Origin: Bdellovibrionota bacterium
GTDB lineage: Bacteria > Bdellovibrionota > UBA2428
Direction: 5' to 3'
Assembly (NCBI GenBank): GCA_044347615.1
Contig: JBIKUK010000003.1
Location: 139,895-203,894 of the forward strand
Length of the DNA: 64,000 nucleotides
In this document: piece after piece, positions 1 to 9,600 of the stretch
Numbering within the stretch: position 1 is the stretch's first letter
Layout: every line of letters starts with the position of its first letter
The notes under the pieces: model-generated
What the model saw: only the letters and a program-made list of their open reading frames with translations
Database searches by the model: none
What the model was told of the DNA's origin: nothing
Made by a program: the position numbers and the translations under genes

Positions 1-726
1 AGACGATTTTCGAATACTTATGATTTCCTGTATCTTTTCATCAACTAATTCTCGATGAGAAAGTCGCTCGTCGGCAATTTTGTCGAGTAAAGTTTTGTTG
101 GGGTAACTTGAAAAGAAAAAAGGAATAATCAGTCGAGTCTGTAAGTTTTGAGTGATGATTGGCCAAATTGCTGCGAAGGCGACTGTTGAATACGCAAAAA
201 TACTCGCATGGGGATCACCAGAGGCATGCGCTTTAGAGAGTGCAGGAATTCCCGTCACAAGCCCGTACACAAGCGTGCTGATCCACCAATTCATAAGAAC
301 CTTCATACGTGGAGTGATATTTTCTTCGAGAGTCACACCATTTCGAACAATTTGAGAAAGCTGATAAGAAACATAAGACTGAGCCATTGCTACAAGTGTG
401 TCACTGGTGAGAAATTCCTTACCCATCAACGTTCGCGCAACAAGCGCTCCTACTGGATCGTTCACCAAACCCATCACAGGAGTCTCAACAAGCATATAAA
501 AACGCTTGTTCTCATCTTTAAGACTTCTCATTAGGGGAATGACAGGAATAAAGTGACCTGCAAAATTTGCAGACTTAAGGAGAAAACTTTTTTCTTGATT
601 ATCAATTAGCTCTTCTTGATTTTGGTTTTGATTTTCAGAGGCAAAAGTTCTTTGAGAATAACTCAGCGGAGCCGTGAAAAGCCCAAATTGAAGCAGACAC
701 AGCAAACCTCTTTTTAAGCTAATCAT
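1..726 (-). CDS. hypothetical secreted protein; N-terminal 242 codons in window, 3' end beyond window start
   Basis: Manual reverse-complement translation: ATG at 726..724 gives MISLKRGLLCLLQFGLFTAPLSYS... (signal-peptide-like) and reads without a stop to position 1. Not in ORF table because no stop falls in the window. Makes plus-strand ORFs 152..534 spurious. No recognisable domain. Confidence 0.45.
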   Translation of the reverse strand, partial: MISLKRGLLCLLQFGLFTAPLSYSQRTFASENQNQNQEELIDNQEKSFLLKSANFAGHFIPVIPLMRSLKDENKRFYMLVETPVMGLVNDPVGALVARTLMGKEFLTSDTLVAMAQSYVSYQLSQIVRNGVTLEENITPRMKVLMNWWISTLVYGLVTGIPALSKAHASGDPHASIFAYSTVAFAAIWPIITQNLQTRLIIPFFFSSYPNKTLLDKIADERLSHRELVDEKIQEIISIRKSS

Positions 727-939
727 TAAACGCAAAAAGTACAGATCACGACTTACTGTGTCAACTCCAAAGGCGATTCATAAGATTGATTTTAAAGAGC
801 GTTTTCATTTGCCCTTATAGCTAAGAACCAAGAAAACACATAAGAATTACTTATGTTAAAAATAAAAAATCCTTTATTATCTTCTTGAGTCGCTCCCTCG
901 CTTTCGGTACAAATACCCATCGCTTCGAGGTGCAAGTTT

Positions 940-1968
940 TTGAAGCGAAAAACTTTAAAAAAGGTGCAAAAAAACGGAGCAATGACAAATTTTTTTAAAT
1001 CAAAAAAAACCAAAACCTTCACTCTTACGACTTTAACCTTTCTACTTTTAAGCTGCTCCAAAGAATACGAAATCGGCTCAAAAGACGAGCCTCTCAAACT
1101 TTACTTTGTCCCCTCTGATAACACTCAAAAAATTGAAAAAAATGCCGTGAGCGTCAAAGCGTTCATGGAGAAATTTGTTTCTCAAAAACTCTACAATAAA
1201 GACGAAGGATTCTATATTAAAACTGCCGTTCCCTTGAGCCACGTAGCTGTTGTTGAAGCTCTTGGAACCAAGCGCGCTGACTTTGCCGCTCTTGGCACAT
1301 TTGACTACGTCCTTGCAAAAGACATCAAAAAACTTTCTGTCGAAGCTGTTCTCAATATAGTGAGAGGCGAAAATGAACTCACTTACAAGAGTGCGATCAT
1401 TGCTCACGTCGACTCAAAAATTAACAACCTTGAAGATCTCAAAGGAAAGAAGTTTGCCTACGTCGATGCCTCTTCTGCATCTGGGTACATTCTTCCCAAC
1501 CTTCTTTTTAAAGATAAAAAAATTGATCTCGGTCAAACCGTTTTTGCTCAACGCCACGATAACGTCGTCACCATGGTTTACCAAAAACAAGTTGATGGCG
1601 GAGCGATCTACTACAATCTTCCTAAAGGAAAAGAAATGAAAGATGCCCGAGCTCGTGTGCTTACTCAATTTCCCGACGTTGAGAAAAAAGTAAAGATCAT
1701 TGGCTTCACTCAAGAAATCCCAAACGCCCCTTGGGTCTTGCGATCAAACCTTTACAAAGATCCCGTAAAATTCACAAAAGTTAAAGATGCTCTTCAAGAA
1801 GGAATTATTGCTTTTATGAAAACTGAAGAAGGCAAAGCTGCGATGATGGATCTTTATTCCATCACAGGCTTTGTCAAAACCAACGATGAAGACTTCAAGG
1901 ATGTTCGAAAGTCATTTCTTCAAGCGTATTCACAGTTAGAGGCAGAAAAAAAGACAACGACCAAATAA
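940..1968 (+). CDS. PhnD-family (phosphonate/phosphite ABC transporter) periplasmic substrate-binding lipoprotein
   Basis: Lipobox LLLSC after N-terminal basic/hydrophobic segment. Co-linear with E. coli PhnD (LKLYFVPS..., SKINNLEDLKGKKFAY vs PhnD SPINNLNDL..., GYILPNLLF). Alternative start at 982 (MTNFF). No permease/ATPase partner adjacent. Confidence 0.65.
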   Translation: MKRKTLKKVQKNGAMTNFFKSKKTKTFTLTTLTFLLLSCSKEYEIGSKDEPLKLYFVPSDNTQKIEKNAVSVKAFMEKFVSQKLYNKDEGFYIKTAVPLSHVAVVEALGTKRADFAALGTFDYVLAKDIKKLSVEAVLNIVRGENELTYKSAIIAHVDSKINNLEDLKGKKFAYVDASSASGYILPNLLFKDKKIDLGQTVFAQRHDNVVTMVYQKQVDGGAIYYNLPKGKEMKDARARVLTQFPDVEKKVKIIGFTQEIPNAPWVLRSNLYKDPVKFTKVKDALQEGIIAFMKTEEGKAAMMDLYSITGFVKTNDEDFKDVRKSFLQAYSQLEAEKKTTTK

Positions 1969-1984
1969 AGAAGGGGGAAGCAAA

Positions 1985-4222
1985 ATGAAACGTGTATCTC
2001 ACAACACACTCAAGGCCCTAAAAGCTCTTTTAATTATCTGCTCAATCTCTTCGAACAAAAATCTCTTCGCCGTTACTGCAAAATTAAAACCTGTAGGATG
2101 CCGACTTGTTCTTCAAACAGTGTACGATCAAGTACACCTTGCAAAAGAAAGCCCCACCGTCATCGATTCAAAAAGCTCAGCCCTCCAAAGAGCGGCTGTT
2201 CCACCCGAAGTTGATTCCGTCATCCAAGCTTTTGGCCCCTTTGAACAACCCTCTGCTGTTCAAGTTTTCTCCGATGGAAAACTTGGCGTATACGGAACAA
2301 AAACAGGCGTCGCACTTGCACGTGCAGACGTTGTGACCATGAAAAAAACGGTCGACCTTCTGACCGGAACTTCTCAACAAAAACATTTTGAGTTCAACAT
2401 TGACGGAAAAAAAGTCACTCTTGAAGGAGCCAGCAGCGTTGTTGGATCTGCACGCATTAAGAGATCATTTGCAGACGTTGATGCGGAATTAACTCTTGTC
2501 GTGAAATACGATGGCTTTAAAGAAGCTGACTTCCACGACCCCAACAGCACCTTCGCAAAAGCCGTCGAGCAATTTGTTTTAAAATATGTCCGAGAAGGTG
2601 AAGAAAGAGGAATGATTTTCTCAGAAGCCAAAGCCGGCCACCACGACCACATTCCGGCTGAAGCAGCCTCAACAAAAAGTAAAGCAATCAAATGGAGCAA
2701 AGAAAACATTAATAAAGGCGAGCAAAAAATTCCCTCTGAAATTCAGTCAAAAGACATTGCCTTCAGTTTTCGAGAAGGACTCACAAGCCACTCACGAATT
2801 AAATTCGATTGGTTTTTGCGTGTAGAAGTTCCGCAAGAATACCAAGCAAAATTCTCTGGGATGACCTCGCGTATCGTCGAAGGAAGTGTGATGCTCAACC
2901 TTGCAGGACGCAACGGCGAAAATAGTGCTGTTCCCTTTGTCAGCCAGATGACAGACTTTCCAGAACTTGGCGCGACAGGCGGACACATTGCTGTAGAAGG
3001 TTACGCAGACAACAAACCCCTCAAAATTACCTCTCTCTTTTTTGATCACAACGAATATGAAATTGCGCGATCTGTAACCGTGACAGCGCCTTTCACTCCT
3101 ATCTACTTTTTGGGAAAATCTGTTTTGAATGCAGCCCGAACCTACAGAGAACAAGGAAAAGTTTTTAAAGCTTTGAGAATTCTTTTTAGCCGCTTGAACT
3201 ACACAAACGACGTAGATGCTTATCGCATCGAGATGGAAAGAAATGGACAAAAAGAAAAAGCGGGGAGCTTTAGAGAAATCGTTTCTTCTTTTAGGAAAAT
3301 TGTCGAAGACCCTCTCATCAACGACCTCTCTTTACTTTTAGGCACAGCTAAAAACATGCTCAAACTTAAAGAACTTGGCTACGAATCTACCGCTGACGAA
3401 GCAGCTCTTGTCGCTGCCATCAACAAATACTCCAAGGAGCACCCCCAAGAACTGAGAACACAAATTCGTGAAATATCCGATCACCCCATCGACCTACTCC
3501 AAAAAGCAATCAACAATATTACTTGGAAAAGAATTTCTGAGCACAAAGGACTCAAGGGTTATATCGACTACACACTTAAAAACAATCAAGCTTTTTCAAA
3601 TCCAGAACTTCCGCCTGAGAGAATCTTTATTTCACTCACACCAAGCTCTACGTTCCTCGAACAATACGAAAACAATCTTGTTCAGTGGAAGTCTCAATAC
3701 CCTAACCTTATCTTTGAACACAAAAACGACTTGCACATGACGATTGCTTTCTTAGGACAGCTCTCCATGGAACAAAGACACAAAATGCAAGCAGGACTCA
3801 ATGAGTTTAACAGAACGCTTCAAGAAACGGATCTCAACTTTGAGGGAGCTTCTCTTCAAAAAATTGGTCGTGGAAAAAACGACGCCTTCATTGCACTTCG
3901 CTTTGACCCAGAGAGAGTTGACCCCAAACTCAAGGCTGCAATTTTAAAACTCAAACAAGAAGCCGCTCTTGCAGGAGTTGTTCCCGACAGACACTTCGAC
4001 TCGTTTGTTCCTCACATCACTCTTTGCAGTCTTCCTAAAGAGCTACAAGGTGAAAAGGGTCATTCAGACTTTGCTCACTTTCTTGCGAACGAAACAGCTC
4101 AAGGAATGAACACAAACACAGTCACTCATGACGTGAAAGTTCTCTACCGAGTCATCGACAACAAAAACGAAGCAGAGCCTGTCTATCGCGAAACAAAACT
4201 CGAAGAAGCAGGAACTCCGTAA
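1985..4222 (+). CDS. large protein (745 aa): ~560-aa N-terminal region of unknown function fused to C-terminal 2H phosphoesterase (LigT/ThpR-like RNA 2',3'-cyclic phosphodiesterase) domain
   Basis: C-terminal ~180 aa align with E. coli ThpR: RIFISLTPS / DLHMTIAFLGQLS (first H-x-T-x motif) / FVPHITLCSL (second H-x-T-x motif). RBS aagggggaag upstream. The N-terminal region has no motif I recognise. Confidence 0.6.
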   Translation: MKRVSHNTLKALKALLIICSISSNKNLFAVTAKLKPVGCRLVLQTVYDQVHLAKESPTVIDSKSSALQRAAVPPEVDSVIQAFGPFEQPSAVQVFSDGKLGVYGTKTGVALARADVVTMKKTVDLLTGTSQQKHFEFNIDGKKVTLEGASSVVGSARIKRSFADVDAELTLVVKYDGFKEADFHDPNSTFAKAVEQFVLKYVREGEERGMIFSEAKAGHHDHIPAEAASTKSKAIKWSKENINKGEQKIPSEIQSKDIAFSFREGLTSHSRIKFDWFLRVEVPQEYQAKFSGMTSRIVEGSVMLNLAGRNGENSAVPFVSQMTDFPELGATGGHIAVEGYADNKPLKITSLFFDHNEYEIARSVTVTAPFTPIYFLGKSVLNAARTYREQGKVFKALRILFSRLNYTNDVDAYRIEMERNGQKEKAGSFREIVSSFRKIVEDPLINDLSLLLGTAKNMLKLKELGYESTADEAALVAAINKYSKEHPQELRTQIREISDHPIDLLQKAINNITWKRISEHKGLKGYIDYTLKNNQAFSNPELPPERIFISLTPSSTFLEQYENNLVQWKSQYPNLIFEHKNDLHMTIAFLGQLSMEQRHKMQAGLNEFNRTLQETDLNFEGASLQKIGRGKNDAFIALRFDPERVDPKLKAAILKLKQEAALAGVVPDRHFDSFVPHITLCSLPKELQGEKGHSDFAHFLANETAQGMNTNTVTHDVKVLYRVIDNKNEAEPVYRETKLEEAGTP

Positions 4223-4224
4223 CT

Positions 4225-5052
4225 GTGAATTTATCGCCTCTTGAATTAGAAAAAGTATTCTTAGAAGCTCACGAAATCGCTTTGAAGTTTTTTAAATCAG
4301 CCACTCTACAAGTAGAAAACAAAGCCGACCTCAGTCCTGTCACACAAGCCGATCACGCGCTCAATGAATATTTCCTCAAAAAACTTACGCAAATTATTCC
4401 CAATTCAGCTGTTTTGGGAGAAGAAGGCAGCACTCGTATTCACGATCACGAACTTCCGCAATATTGTTGGATCCTAGACCCGATCGATGGCACAAAGGAG
4501 TTTATTTCGGGTAATGACGAATGGGCCGTGCAACTTTGCCTGTATGAAAAAAACGAAGGCTGTCTGCTTTCTATTTTATCACAACCTACTAAAAAACTTT
4601 TTTCTTATGCTCAAAAAGGCAAAGGTGCTTTCACAAAAGACCTCAGCACAGGAAACACCACTCAACTCAAAGCCTCTCACAAAAGCTCTTCTCTTGAGGC
4701 AACTCTTTTAGCTTCTAAAAGCCGTAAAGATACCTGGACAGAAAGCATTATTAAAAACCATCCCTTTAAAAATACAAACAGCGTAGGATCCATCGGGCTT
4801 AAAACTTTAGAAATCGCTTCTGGAAGAGCCGACTTCTACATGAACGGAGATCAAAAGTGTGGCGCGTGGGATATCTTCCCATGCCTGCCTTTTTTGATCG
4901 AAAGCGGAGCAGACTACTGGACCTCGAAAGATCTGAACTGGAAAGAAGAAATCAAAAACAAAAACATTCAGGCTCATTTTGCTTTTGGAACAAAGGGACT
5001 CATTCAAAACATGAAAGCTGATCTTGCCAAAAGTGTTTCCTCAATAGTTTAG
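4225..5052 (+). CDS. cysQ: CysQ-type 3'(2'),5'-bisphosphate nucleotidase / inositol monophosphatase-family 3'-phosphatase
   Basis: WILDPIDGTKEFISGND matches CysQ signature WLVDPLDGTKEFI (DGTKEF is CysQ-type, not SuhB-type). GTG start 3 nt after upstream TAA, suggesting translational coupling. Confidence 0.7.
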   Translation: MNLSPLELEKVFLEAHEIALKFFKSATLQVENKADLSPVTQADHALNEYFLKKLTQIIPNSAVLGEEGSTRIHDHELPQYCWILDPIDGTKEFISGNDEWAVQLCLYEKNEGCLLSILSQPTKKLFSYAQKGKGAFTKDLSTGNTTQLKASHKSSSLEATLLASKSRKDTWTESIIKNHPFKNTNSVGSIGLKTLEIASGRADFYMNGDQKCGAWDIFPCLPFLIESGADYWTSKDLNWKEEIKNKNIQAHFAFGTKGLIQNMKADLAKSVSSIV

Positions 5053-5066
5053 GAGACAAACCGGCG

Positions 5067-5849
5067 ATGACTCTTAAAGTTTTTACCCGATCAGGCCTAA
5101 GCCCTGAAGATTTTTTTGACTCACAAAAAAACGATAGCGCAAAAACACGGGCTGTTTTTACGATTGGAATTTCTGGATCTGGAAAATCTCACTGGTCTCG
5201 AATTGCTGAGCAAAACAATTGGAACGTTTTGAATTCCGACTCCATTCGTGTGGAATGGCTTAAGAAAGCCCAACTTGAAAATAAAAAAGTTCTGATCAAC
5301 GGACAACTCACCCTGCCCGACCCTCAAAATGAAGAGCATGTTTTTTGCCCTGAACTAAGAGCTCTTGTGATGGATAGCGATTACCTTCTTTCTCTTACAA
5401 AGCCTGAGCAGGCCGTTGTTTTTGATATCACAAACCTCACACTTCAAAGAGTTCCGCTTATGCTGAAAACAACTCTCAAAGGCTATGCAGTTGAAGCTCT
5501 TGTTTTTGCGCCCAACTCTCTGGAAGTGCATCAAAAAAACGTGTCGCTTCGAAAAAATGTTAAAAGTGGCTTGGGAGTTTCTGAAAAAGTTATCTCGGAT
5601 CTGTACAATACGTTTCAAGTTTTTTGCACAAACCTTAAAGCAAATCCTCAATCACAAATTATTAGCCAAGAAGAAATCAAAAAACTCTGCTCAACGTCTT
5701 TTGATTTTACTTTAATGAGAAAAAACCACGCTTCTTTTGAGGCTTTTTTATTGAGCCTCAGTCCTGAGCAAAAAGCATTCGCTCAAGAGCTCAGCCAAAA
5801 AGATATATTTAGTAAAATTGAATATGTCGACGTTCAAGAATTTATTTGA
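5067..5849 (+). CDS. P-loop kinase, T4 polynucleotide kinase-like (AAA_33 family)
   Basis: Walker A TIGISGSGKSHWSR followed by NVLNSDSIR resembles T4 Pnk kinase N-terminus TIGCPGSGKSTWAREF...NINRDDYR. Good RBS aggaga 8 nt upstream of ATG. Confidence 0.6.
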   Translation: MTLKVFTRSGLSPEDFFDSQKNDSAKTRAVFTIGISGSGKSHWSRIAEQNNWNVLNSDSIRVEWLKKAQLENKKVLINGQLTLPDPQNEEHVFCPELRALVMDSDYLLSLTKPEQAVVFDITNLTLQRVPLMLKTTLKGYAVEALVFAPNSLEVHQKNVSLRKNVKSGLGVSEKVISDLYNTFQVFCTNLKANPQSQIISQEEIKKLCSTSFDFTLMRKNHASFEAFLLSLSPEQKAFAQELSQKDIFSKIEYVDVQEFI

Positions 5850-5853
5850 AAAT

Positions 5854-6945
5854 CTAGATCCACAAAGATGCATCGCCATAAGAAAACAAGCGATAGTTTT
5901 TTGAAACCGCATATTGATAAGCTTCTTGTGCGAGCTTGAGCGATCCTCCAAAAACGCTCACCAACACAAAAAGAGATGATTGCGGCAAATGAAAATTAGT
6001 CATCAAAGCAGAAACTTTTTTGAATTCGTAACCTGGACGCACAAACAAACGGGTCTGACCTTGAACGAAATCCTCGCTAGGTGAAGATTTCCCTTGAAGA
6101 AAGTTCTTTAAATCCAAATCAGCTACCGTCTCGGTCAAACGGCAAGCCGTGGTTCCAATTGCTAAGACCTTTGAAGATTGCTGAATTTTTTGTGCCTCAG
6201 ACAAAAGCAATTCATAGGGCTCAGCATGTAATTGCGCCGCACTCAAATCATCTGTGCGCAAAGGCTCAAAAGTTCCCCGACCCACATGCAAATAAGTATC
6301 CGCAGATTGAATTTGCTGAGACTTTAACTGCTCCCATAGCTCATTTGTAAAATGCAAAGAAGCCGTAGGCGCTGCTGAACTCAGCGCGGGCCCTTGGGCC
6401 CACACAGGCTGGTAACGCTCACGATCGGCCTCTACGACATCGCGTTTGATATACGGAGGCAAAGGGATGCGTCCAAAACTCTCAATCCGAGCAACCGCCT
6501 CAAGAGAGGAAAAAGAAACTTCATCGGGACCACTCACGCACAAAATATCTTCACTGCCTTCGATTTTTAATTCTTCAGGGAATTTCAACTTTGCAACGTT
6601 CTTGATGAGCGCTTTCCAAGAAGTGGGAGAAAGTTTTTCCGTGAGAACAATTTCGTGGCGACTTCCTGTTTGTCTTTTGGCAAACAAACGCGCAGGCAAA
6701 ACGCGTGTGCGATTACGAACCCACAAATAGTCTTTTAAATAAGAATTCTGCGCAACAACGTGCGGAAGATCCGAAAACTTAAGATCTTCAAAACGAGGAA
6801 GTCCTCCCTCGGAATGGCGACGAACAATCAACAACCTGGATTCATCTCGCCGATCACTCGGAAAATGCGCGATAGAAGACTCCTCAAAATTATACGAGTA
6901 CTCGGCCAAGGAATTTGGCAAATCCGAAAAAGTCGCCTTTGTCAT
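5854..6945 (-). CDS. queA: S-adenosylmethionine:tRNA ribosyltransferase-isomerase
   Basis: DESRLLIV, RNRTRVLPARLF, GRIPLPPYIKR are QueA hallmarks. Start placed at internal MTKATF (6945) rather than ORF-table start 7005, which would overlap the next gene. Confidence 0.85.
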   Translation of the reverse strand: MTKATFSDLPNSLAEYSYNFEESSIAHFPSDRRDESRLLIVRRHSEGGLPRFEDLKFSDLPHVVAQNSYLKDYLWVRNRTRVLPARLFAKRQTGSRHEIVLTEKLSPTSWKALIKNVAKLKFPEELKIEGSEDILCVSGPDEVSFSSLEAVARIESFGRIPLPPYIKRDVVEADRERYQPVWAQGPALSSAAPTASLHFTNELWEQLKSQQIQSADTYLHVGRGTFEPLRTDDLSAAQLHAEPYELLLSEAQKIQQSSKVLAIGTTACRLTETVADLDLKNFLQGKSSPSEDFVQGQTRLFVRPGYEFKKVSALMTNFHLPQSSLFVLVSVFGGSLKLAQEAYQYAVSKNYRLFSYGDASLWI

Positions 6946-6994
6946 AGGCAAAGACTGTAAATTGCAAGAAGTTCTAGGACAAGCGAAATAGACC

Positions 6995-8215
6995 TTAACG
7001 AACACCCATAGAAAATAAATCGCGCTGAAAGGGAGCTTTATTTACAGGAGTACTTTCGCCGCTGATTCTTGCCCCGGGATAATAAGCAGAGAGAATTTTT
7101 TTATAATTCCATCCCTTCTCCGCAAGATTACGTGCGCCGATTTGGCTCAGGCCCACACCGTGACCAAAACCTCTTCCCTCTAAAAGCCAACCCGACCCCT
7201 TAGGCTCCACATCAAAAAGAGTACTCTTGATCCAACGACCGCCTAAAAGTTTTCTAAACTCTGAGCCCTTCAAAACTTTCGATCCACTATCTCCCACCAA
7301 ATAAACCTTTTGGACACGCTCGCCTTCGGTTCGCTCTACAATTTGAAAATCTCTCAGGGCTCCTAATCCAGGAATTTTAAACCCAAACCAAGGGCCAATC
7401 GAAACCTTCCATCGAAAGCGATCATCACTTGCCTCAGGAGGCGACCGCAAAGAATAAATAGAACCCTCTAACGTATTTTTAGACCCCCACACTGTTTCTG
7501 GCCGCTCGAGAGTGCCCCCCGATGAGGCATGGTAATAAGCCTTCACAACCTTGCCACTGCTCAACAAAACTTTTCCGCGAGTTTCTTGCACAGCAAAGTG
7601 GCTTTTAGCATCTTCCACATGAGCCCCTTTATAAACTTGATCCATGTCTGTGGAATCAAGATCGTATTCCATCTGTCGCGGCCGTCTTTCCTTAAGGCAA
7701 GCCAGCGCATAGCTTCTTGCCGCCACCACCTGCGCCTTTATTGCTTCTTTGGGATACTTCGAAGAAATTTCGCTATTCACTATGCCCACAAGATACGATT
7801 CCATATCCAGCTCATTCACAATCATGAGCTTGCGATCTTTCACAGGAATCAAATGAATCGTGTCGCGATAAAAAGCCTTGCCAATGTGAATAAATCCCTC
7901 GCCTGATTGAACAACGATGCGACCTTCGAACTTTAATTTTTTATTTTTGCCTTGGCAGATCCAGCCATCTCTAAATCGACAATTAAGTTCCGAACCCTGC
8001 AGGGCAATTCCATTTACTTTCAGCTCACTTGCCCGAAGGCTCAGTGGACGAAAAAACTCTCTTTGCTCTAACAGGATTCGGACCTTCAGAGGAAGGGGCT
8101 CCTTGATCTCTCGAACCACAGGAGAATCACCTTTCAGCGACTCATCTCCCTCCCCGTGGCCCAAGAGGGTCAGAAAGAAAGAAAGGACGACCAGAGTTGC
8201 CCAATTCCTCCCCAC
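6995..8215 (-). CDS. SpoIID/LytB-domain protein (secreted)
   Basis: N-terminal signal peptide; GFGHGVGLSQIGA matches the SpoIID/LytB conserved motif GHGVGMSQ.GA. Confidence 0.7.
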   Translation of the reverse strand: MGRNWATLVVLSFFLTLLGHGEGDESLKGDSPVVREIKEPLPLKVRILLEQREFFRPLSLRASELKVNGIALQGSELNCRFRDGWICQGKNKKLKFEGRIVVQSGEGFIHIGKAFYRDTIHLIPVKDRKLMIVNELDMESYLVGIVNSEISSKYPKEAIKAQVVAARSYALACLKERRPRQMEYDLDSTDMDQVYKGAHVEDAKSHFAVQETRGKVLLSSGKVVKAYYHASSGGTLERPETVWGSKNTLEGSIYSLRSPPEASDDRFRWKVSIGPWFGFKIPGLGALRDFQIVERTEGERVQKVYLVGDSGSKVLKGSEFRKLLGGRWIKSTLFDVEPKGSGWLLEGRGFGHGVGLSQIGARNLAEKGWNYKKILSAYYPGARISGESTPVNKAPFQRDLFSMGVR

Positions 8216-8350
8216 ACGATGATGCTAACAAGTGCCGCCCTGCGCGAGGAATAGTCAAATTGCGCAAGGCTCAAAAATTCTCTGACGAAATCGTCAAAAC
8301 TTCGGCAAGATCCTCTCGAAAAACCGCACTTTGAGAATTAAACATGTTTC

Positions 8351-9526
8351 GTGCGTTTGCGTATTTGTTTTTGGATTTTTATTTTTTCTTTGCTGAGCTG
8401 TCAGCGCGCAGAAAAAAATCTCAGCGTAGATTCCATCTACAAAAAAATAATTTCTCACAAAAGTATAACGGTCGAAGAAGCTCTCAAAGTTATTTCCCCC
8501 GAACTCAAAACTTATTTCACTCTCAAATTTGATTCCGATAGCATGCAAGGGGCCTCCCCCACTCACCCTCGAGCCATCACATCAAACGCCGAGGGAACGC
8601 TCTACATGAGTTTCAATGGTCACCCCGACCAAGACGAATATCACTCGCTTGAATTTTTGGAATACAAAAACGACGCTGTTTTACTTTCATCTATTCAATT
8701 TGATCCTGAAGGCAAAAAACTTCCCACACTTTTTCGCCCAGGCCCGCAGGATTCTTGCTTGAGCTGCCACAGAGGCATCGATCAAACAATCATACCCCTA
8801 TGGGAACCTTACGTTGGAACTCGAGACAAAGAGATGGATGTCGAGGGAGCGTATCGCGGACACAGGGTAGACAAAGCCTTCACCCAAAACCCCGAGGCCC
8901 TTAAGCAAGAAAAGAATCTGCAAGATTTTTTAAAGAGTGCCCCTCAACACCCTCGCTACCAAAAACTCACTCACTTAGTTTCAAGTTACAAGATCAATTC
9001 TCAAGATGATCAATCAGCAAACCTTCACAACACACTCATGAACTATCGCATTCAGCGCCTGATGGCTGACCAGCTCGCTCGAACGCTCCTCAAGCGCCCA
9101 AATTACCAAGCTATGAAGTTTGATCTTTTGGGTGCCGCCTTGGGATGCAAGGGTGTTCAAGCGCCCGTGGATTTTCGCACCCTCACAAGCGAAATTCATA
9201 TGACGAACATGGACATAACGGATCGCTTTGCCCAAAATCCTTTAGGTGCACGCTTTTTTAATACCGAGATTCTCGCGGCTTACTTGGCCCACTACGACCC
9301 TCGCCTTCAGCCCCTTTTGCCTGTGTTGTGGATAAGCCCCAAACAAGCTCCTCAAGCCTTCTTTGATGTGGCAAAACTACTCCCCTCAAGCCTCCAAACA
9401 ATCGATCAAATAAGTGTGCTGCCGCCCATTCCTGTGCTCAAAATCCTCTTCCAAGAAGGACGTTTTGTCTTGGATCGCACGACTCCCTGTGAGACGCTCC
9501 ATAAGCTTGTAAAAGCTGCGAATTAG
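8351..9526 (+). CDS. hypothetical lipoprotein with single CXXCH motif
   Basis: Lipobox LLSC. Internal DSCLSCHRG is a CXXCH heme-c-binding-type motif. Otherwise no recognisable domain. Confidence 0.55.
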   Translation: MRLRICFWIFIFSLLSCQRAEKNLSVDSIYKKIISHKSITVEEALKVISPELKTYFTLKFDSDSMQGASPTHPRAITSNAEGTLYMSFNGHPDQDEYHSLEFLEYKNDAVLLSSIQFDPEGKKLPTLFRPGPQDSCLSCHRGIDQTIIPLWEPYVGTRDKEMDVEGAYRGHRVDKAFTQNPEALKQEKNLQDFLKSAPQHPRYQKLTHLVSSYKINSQDDQSANLHNTLMNYRIQRLMADQLARTLLKRPNYQAMKFDLLGAALGCKGVQAPVDFRTLTSEIHMTNMDITDRFAQNPLGARFFNTEILAAYLAHYDPRLQPLLPVLWISPKQAPQAFFDVAKLLPSSLQTIDQISVLPPIPVLKILFQEGRFVLDRTTPCETLHKLVKAAN

Positions 9527-9600
9527 CCTCTTTTCGTCTTGACCAAGACCACATTCTGGTTGATGTTAGGAGGACATTTTAGGAACTATAAGGAAGAGCT

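Noticed and set aside
152-534. Plus-strand ORFs 152..355 and 208..534
   Set aside because: They lie antisense to a long uninterrupted minus-strand reading frame (1..726) with a signal-peptide N-terminus, and have no RBS or recognisable product. Likely spurious.
792-1097. Minus-strand 101-aa ORF overlapping the 5' end of the PhnD-like gene
   Set aside because: Antisense overlap with a well-supported gene, low-complexity translation, no RBS.
6946-7005. Longer N-terminus for queA (ORF-table start 7005)
   Set aside because: Extension (MFVKVYFACPRTSCNLQSLP) has no QueA counterpart and would overlap the 3' end of the SpoIID-like gene. MTKATF start fits QueA length.
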